DNA of 49,987 nt, taken from Pachysolen tannophilus NRRL Y-2460 (lineage: Eukaryota). Shown here piece after piece: positions 45,048 to 49,987 of the stretch. The position numbers and the translations under genes are program-made. The stretch spans positions 1,022,426-1,072,412 of the forward strand of contig KV454011.1 in the NCBI GenBank assembly GCA_001661245.1, read 5' to 3'. The notes beneath the pieces were generated by a model that saw only the letters and a list, made by a program, of their open reading frames with translations, made no database searches and was not told the DNA's origin. The stretch's first letter is position 1. Every line of letters starts with the position of its first letter.

Positions 45048-45749
45048 TTAGTTAGCAACTGTTGATTGGAAACCATTCTTGAATTTTCTAGAAACGTGTT
45101 TTAAGTAAGCCATTCTACCGGAACCTGTAGTTCTTCTTCTCTTGGCCTTAAGGGCCCAATTGTGTGATCTCATCTTAGCAGCTGGGTAACCACATGAAGA
45201 ACAAGTCTTCTTTTGAATGTGGAATGAACGACGGCCACAACGGTTACATAAAGTATGCGATTTGTTGTGACGTTTACCGAATGATGGTGTACCTTCTATA
45301 GAATGCGTTAGTATGTTATTCAAAAAGAATAATAAATAATAATTAATCAAGAAAAAAAAAAAAAATAACATCTTTTATTCCCTGTATCATCTGAATCCCA
45401 AATACTGCGTAAAAGCAAAATGAATCATTATTAAATTTATGGACTTTAAATTGTTTTGAGCTTAGGCAAATGAGTAAGAACAAATACATCTCCTCCATCT
45501 CTATCTTTACAGGTTTACACAAATAAATGTATTCCAGGTTCTTTTGATGGAGGGATTTTGTTTCCTAATTATCATTTCAACAATCTCTATAATATTTTCA
45601 CTCTTTAATAATCTTTCAACTTTCTTATTCTTCTAATATACATTCCAGAATCCAGCATCCAGAAAACAGGGAATAAAAAAACATCATCATTCATTAATCA
45701 CTTTAAGACTCAACGTCTCAAGGTCTAATATTCCTCACGTACTACTCAT
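45048..45749 (-). CDS. RPL37: 60S ribosomal protein eL37, two exons (45749-45743, 45295-45048), 84 aa
   Basis: Exon 1 ATGAGTA; 447-nt intron GTACGT...TACTAAC (45313-45307)...TAG; product [40 protein letters not shown]. Confidence 0.97.
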
Positions 45750-45851
45750 TTTGATTTATTAATACTGGTTGTAACCTAAAATTAAAATAAAATATTATTA
45801 AAGATTATATAAAAAAATTTGTTTTCTTCTATCCATAGAGGAGCAGTGGTG

Positions 45852-45887
<36 letters not shown>

Positions 45888-45950
45888 AAAAATTAAAAGA
45901 AAGTTGTGCAAACCAAAGCAAAAATACGTTTTGGGAAACTAAATATTTCA

Positions 45951-46062
45951 CAGTCACAACATTTTAAAGCAATTTCCCAAAACTGGAAACAGGGGCTTTC
46001 TTGAACTTAAAGTCGTGTAATGTAAGCTTAAAAAACAAAAAAACTAAGGGCGCAAACCCTAA
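45951..46062. promoter_or_regulatory. Homol-D box (CAGTCACA 45951-45958) and Tbf1-like site (AAACCCTAA 46054-46062) upstream of RPL37
   Basis: Exact motifs; both are established ribosomal-protein promoter elements in fungi that do not use Rap1 for this regulon. Confidence 0.6.
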
Positions 46063-46136
46063 TTAGAAAAAACATTGTATTTTGCGCACACGACCGATTT
46101 CTGTCTTCTTTTTATTCATTTAAAAAAATTATTTTT

Positions 46137-46182
46137 TCGCGTTTTTAATATTTTGTAAACAGAAACAAAGGGAAAATCGCGT
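46137..46182. promoter_or_regulatory. MCB/SCB-like TCGCGT x2 (46137-46142, 46177-46182) and forkhead site GTAAACA (46155-46161) upstream of TOS4
   Basis: Motifs read directly; TOS4/PLM2 are G1/S-regulated in S. cerevisiae. Confidence 0.55.
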
Positions 46183-46376
46183 CTTTTTTTGTTTTTTTAT
46201 TTGTTTTTGTCTTTTGTTTGTTTCCTGTATGGCCATCGGTCTTTGGTGATAATAACAATAATATTAGGAAAGGTATCATTTATAGGTTTTTTTTTTTTTT
46301 TTTCTTTTGAATGCTCCACATAGTGTATAGCTGAAAGAAGAGTAAAGAAGGATTTAGATTTGAGCAATACGGTAAG

Positions 46377-48062
46377 ATGGGCACAGATCAGTTTCCACCT
46401 TCATCACCATTGCTAATTGCGGAACAAGATCAAGATCGTGATCATGGTAAAGCTGGTGAACGTGATTCGTTTACTTTATCCATCAAGAAATCGTTGGAGA
46501 AGTTGAAAGGAAATAATAGTGGGAATTTGCCAATTGGTAATGCTAAAGAGTCTTTGGTTTATCAGAGGGAGTATCCGACTCCTAATCCATCATCTTCAAC
46601 CGGTGTTCGATTTTCATCTCCGGCCAGTAAGAAAATTGTTGATACTATAGGTGTTGCTGAAAGTGTTCCTTCATCGGAGCAATTGATGCATTCTGTAACT
46701 GGTGATACTGAGAAAAAAGTTGAGTTTCAATTGCCACCTCAAGTGAGTTCACCTATAGAAGAGGACTTGAGAGGTTTTAAGAAACAAATTAGTACGAGAT
46801 TAGTAGATTCTGTTAAATCATTGAAATTACCTGTTAACGGTGAAGAAGTTAAAATTGGTAGATCTTCTAAAAGTTCAGATTATCAAATAGATGGTCATAA
46901 TAAATTGATTTCAAGGATACATTTAACTGTTCAGTTATTACCTAATGAGGAATTAATTGTTATAAAATGTTATGGACATAATGGATTGAATATAACAATT
47001 CCAAGACATATTAAAGTTAAATATTTAGGTAATGAAAAAGATTATTTAATTGATATTCCTAAGAACGAAAAAAATATAGAAGGAATGGGAATAGAATTGG
47101 ATGAGAATGGAGAAATTCCAAGAATCATATCTAACGAATCAAATTTTTCAAATCTTTTCATTATGAAAGGTGAAAAATTGATTATTCCAAAGATGAAAGG
47201 TGTAGTATTAGATATTAGAGGTGAATTATTATCAATAGATTGTGGTGAAAATGGTGATGATGATAAAGAGAGTGAAGTTACATTAGGGAAAACAGATAAT
47301 CTTGCTATTATCAATACACCAAACATACCAAACACACCAGAGAGACCAAAGACCCCAATTCAACTAATTAACAAGACACCGGGAGAACCAACATCAGTTA
47401 CAATTAAAAATAATAAATTCAAAATATACAAAGATGATAATGAAACATCTTTTACATCACAACAACATGAAGATGTATTTTCTTCACCACCAAGACATGA
47501 AGAATATAATAATCAAAATACTGTATTATCTGAAAATTTTAACATCAATAATAATAATATACAGAAAAAGGCTATTTCTCATTTAAAAAGATCAGATGAA
47601 TCAATAAATAAATCACATTTAAAAAAATCTAAAAAACAAAATATTGGCGGTAAACAAGAAGAATTATTTAAAGATCTTTCTGAACTGGAAATTGATGAAA
47701 TTTTAAAGCCAATATCGGAAGATTTGAATTCAATTACAAACGTCTTGATTAACCATTTAGCATTTTCAAGACTTTCTTCAACCCCTGTTTCAATTTTGAA
47801 AACTGTTTCCAAGAAAATTGAATCTATGGATGAAAGGCAATTACGTGTTTTACTTGTAAAGAGAATCGATTGTATTGGTGTTATCTATAGAGTCGGTAAA
47901 GATGCTGCTGGAAAACCATTGGATGAAGAATACTATTACATTGTCGAAAAAGATCCCGATGATGAGAGAAGACAAATAGTCAACAGCTTAAAAGGTACCG
48001 GGTTAAGAAATTGTAGAAAAACCCATAAGCAATATTTCTGGAAAAAACCTGCTAAAAAATAG
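46377..48062 (+). CDS. TOS4: FHA-domain G1/S protein Tos4/Plm2
   Basis: QFPPSSP, YPTPNPSSSTG, FHA (IGRSSKSSD...ISRIH...GHNG), C-terminal GKDAAGKPLDEEYYY...LRNCRKTHKQYFWKKP. Confidence 0.93.
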   Translation: MGTDQFPPSSPLLIAEQDQDRDHGKAGERDSFTLSIKKSLEKLKGNNSGNLPIGNAKESLVYQREYPTPNPSSSTGVRFSSPASKKIVDTIGVAESVPSSEQLMHSVTGDTEKKVEFQLPPQVSSPIEEDLRGFKKQISTRLVDSVKSLKLPVNGEEVKIGRSSKSSDYQIDGHNKLISRIHLTVQLLPNEELIVIKCYGHNGLNITIPRHIKVKYLGNEKDYLIDIPKNEKNIEGMGIELDENGEIPRIISNESNFSNLFIMKGEKLIIPKMKGVVLDIRGELLSIDCGENGDDDKESEVTLGKTDNLAIINTPNIPNTPERPKTPIQLINKTPGEPTSVTIKNNKFKIYKDDNETSFTSQQHEDVFSSPPRHEEYNNQNTVLSENFNINNNNIQKKAISHLKRSDESINKSHLKKSKKQNIGGKQEELFKDLSELEIDEILKPISEDLNSITNVLINHLAFSRLSSTPVSILKTVSKKIESMDERQLRVLLVKRIDCIGVIYRVGKDAAGKPLDEEYYYIVEKDPDDERRQIVNSLKGTGLRNCRKTHKQYFWKKPAKK

Positions 48063-48283
48063 CTAAGTTTTAAAAGTTATATACCGCACGGCAAATACAC
48101 ACATAGATAAATACATAGATAAATACATACCTACTACAAACCTACATACATGTCCACTGCCATCTATCGTATAAACAGAGCAATTTCTCGTATATCTTTT
48201 TCTCTTTTTTTACAAAGCATGTGCGATTTTTTTTTCAAACGTTACTTTTTATCCATGTAATCAAACAATAAATTAGACCATTG

Positions 48284-48352
48284 CACGTGACTTTTAAACG
48301 CTAGATTTTGAGTTTCGAGGGTAGCACGGCGGTGCAATACACGTGATGTGGC
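48284..48352. promoter_or_regulatory. Sulfur-regulon module: two Cbf1 sites (CACGTGA 48284-48290, 48340-48346) and a Met31/32 core TGTGGC (48347-48352)
   Basis: Exact motifs about 280-345 nt upstream of SAM synthetase. Confidence 0.7.
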
Positions 48353-48388
48353 AGTACATTAGAGTGCTCTATTCCGAGGGCATTTTGT

Positions 48389-48419
<31 letters not shown>

Positions 48420-48629
48420 CAACAAAAAAATTTTCATGTGGTCAAGACGGGAAAACAACAACGTTTTTTTAATTTTACTTGTTATATATATTATTTATAT
48501 AAATAAATAAATATATTTAAGAATTTTTTTTTAAAAATTTTTTTTTTTTTTTATATTTTTTGTTATTTGTTATTTAAAATTTGCTAATCATTTTTTTAAC
48601 AATCGAATTAATTATATAGAGTAATAATT

Positions 48630-49781
48630 ATGTCACAAGAAACTTTTTTCTTTACATCAGAATCTGTTGGTGAAGGTCACCCAGATAAGATCTGTGATCA
48701 AGTTTCGGATGCTATTCTTGATGCTTGTCTTGCTGTTGATCCTCTTTCCAAAGTTGCATGTGAGACTGCTGCTAAAACTGGTATGATTATGGTTCTTGGT
48801 GAAATTACTACCAAGGCTCAATTGGATTATCAAAAAATTATTAGAGATACAATTAAACATATTGGTTATGATAATTCTGAAAAAGGTTTTGATTATAAGA
48901 CTTGTAATGTTTTAGTTGCTATTGAACAACAATCTCCAGATATTGCTCAAGGTTTACATTATGAAAAGGCTTTAGAAGAATTAGGTGCTGGTGATCAAGG
49001 TATAATGTTTGGTTATGCTACTGATGAAACAGAGGAAAAATTGCCATTAACTATTTTATTAGCTCATAAATTAAATGCTGCATTAGCTGCTGCAAGAAGA
49101 GATGGAACATTACTGTGGTTGAGACCAGATACCAAGACCCAAGTTACCGTTGAATATAGAAATGACAATGGTGCAGTTATTCCATTAAGAGTTGATACTG
49201 TTGTTATATCAACTCAACATGCTGAAGAAGTTACAACTGAAGAATTAAGATCTCAAATCATTGAAAAAGTTGTTAACAAAGTTATTCCAGCCAAATTATT
49301 AGATGCTAACACCAAATATCATATTCAACCATCAGGAAGATTTGTTATTGGTGGTCCACAAGGTGATGCTGGTTTAACCGGTAGAAAGATTATTGTTGAT
49401 ACTTATGGTGGATGGGGTGCTCATGGTGGTGGTGCATTTTCTGGTAAAGATTTCTCCAAAGTTGATAGATCAGCTGCATATGCTGCTAGATGGGTTGCTA
49501 AATCATTAGTTCATGCTAAATTGGCCAAGAGAGCCTTGGTTCAATTCTCATATGCTATTGGTGTTGCAGAACCATTATCTATCTATGTTGACTCTTATGG
49601 TACTTCGAAATATTCATCTTCAGAATTAGTTGCAATTATTAGAAAAAATTTTGATTTAAGACCAGGTGTTATTGTTAAAGAATTAAACTTAGCAAGACCA
49701 ATTTATTTCAAAACTGCATCTTACGGACATTTCACTAACCAAGAAAACACATGGGAACAACCAAAAGATTTAGTTTTATAA
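48630..49781 (+). CDS. SAM2: S-adenosylmethionine synthetase (SAM1/SAM2 pro-ortholog)
   Basis: [32 protein letters not shown]. Confidence 0.99.
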   Translation: MSQETFFFTSESVGEGHPDKICDQVSDAILDACLAVDPLSKVACETAAKTGMIMVLGEITTKAQLDYQKIIRDTIKHIGYDNSEKGFDYKTCNVLVAIEQQSPDIAQGLHYEKALEELGAGDQGIMFGYATDETEEKLPLTILLAHKLNAALAAARRDGTLLWLRPDTKTQVTVEYRNDNGAVIPLRVDTVVISTQHAEEVTTEELRSQIIEKVVNKVIPAKLLDANTKYHIQPSGRFVIGGPQGDAGLTGRKIIVDTYGGWGAHGGGAFSGKDFSKVDRSAAYAARWVAKSLVHAKLAKRALVQFSYAIGVAEPLSIYVDSYGTSKYSSSELVAIIRKNFDLRPGVIVKELNLARPIYFKTASYGHFTNQENTWEQPKDLVL

Positions 49782-49904
49782 GATAAAAAAAAAAAAAAGA
49801 AAGAAAGTGAAAATTTTTTTTTTTTATTTTTGTTTCTAAATTAACTTTAGTTTCTACGTTTCTCAAAGCTCAACTCTTTGTGGAAATTGTTATTTGAATA
49901 ATTG

Positions 49905-49939
<35 letters not shown>

Positions 49940-49987
49940 AGAGGAAAAAAATTTTCTACATTACAATAGATGTCTTTTTAATAATGT

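Overview
AT-rich, gene-dense, intron-poor genomic DNA of a budding yeast (Saccharomycotina), with two assembly gaps. In-frame CTG codons fall at conserved alanine positions (M28 peptidase PHL[CTG]GT, pantothenate kinase ATGGG[CTG]FKF, SAM synthetase L[CTG]WLRPD). This indicates the CUG=Ala code known from Pachysolen tannophilus and relatives, so the supplied ORF translations are wrong at every CTG. About 25 protein genes, in order: VPS70-like peptidase (partial), SPA2, MRPL15, CPR1, two tandem APA paralogs, CAB1, PEX34/36-like, KRE28/Sos7-like, an NAD(P)-binding reductase, a small mitochondrial-type ORF, PRD1, a Ser/Gln-rich orphan, MIC10, MRC1, VAC17-like, KRR1, ADF1, PRM1, a 67-aa Cys-rich microprotein, an uncharacterised protein, EMG1, LCD1-like, RPL37, TOS4/PLM2 and SAM synthetase. 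Three spliced genes (MIC10, RPL37, the Cys-rich microprotein) are missed or mis-called by the ORF track. I found no tRNA, rRNA, transposon or CRISPR. The most interesting items are the hidden Cys-rich spliced microprotein, the reassigned codon, a self-folding RPL37 intron, a tandem APA duplication with an unexplained TGCGYAC motif cluster upstream, and a recurrent CACGAC promoter motif. All homolog comparisons are from memory, not from database searches.
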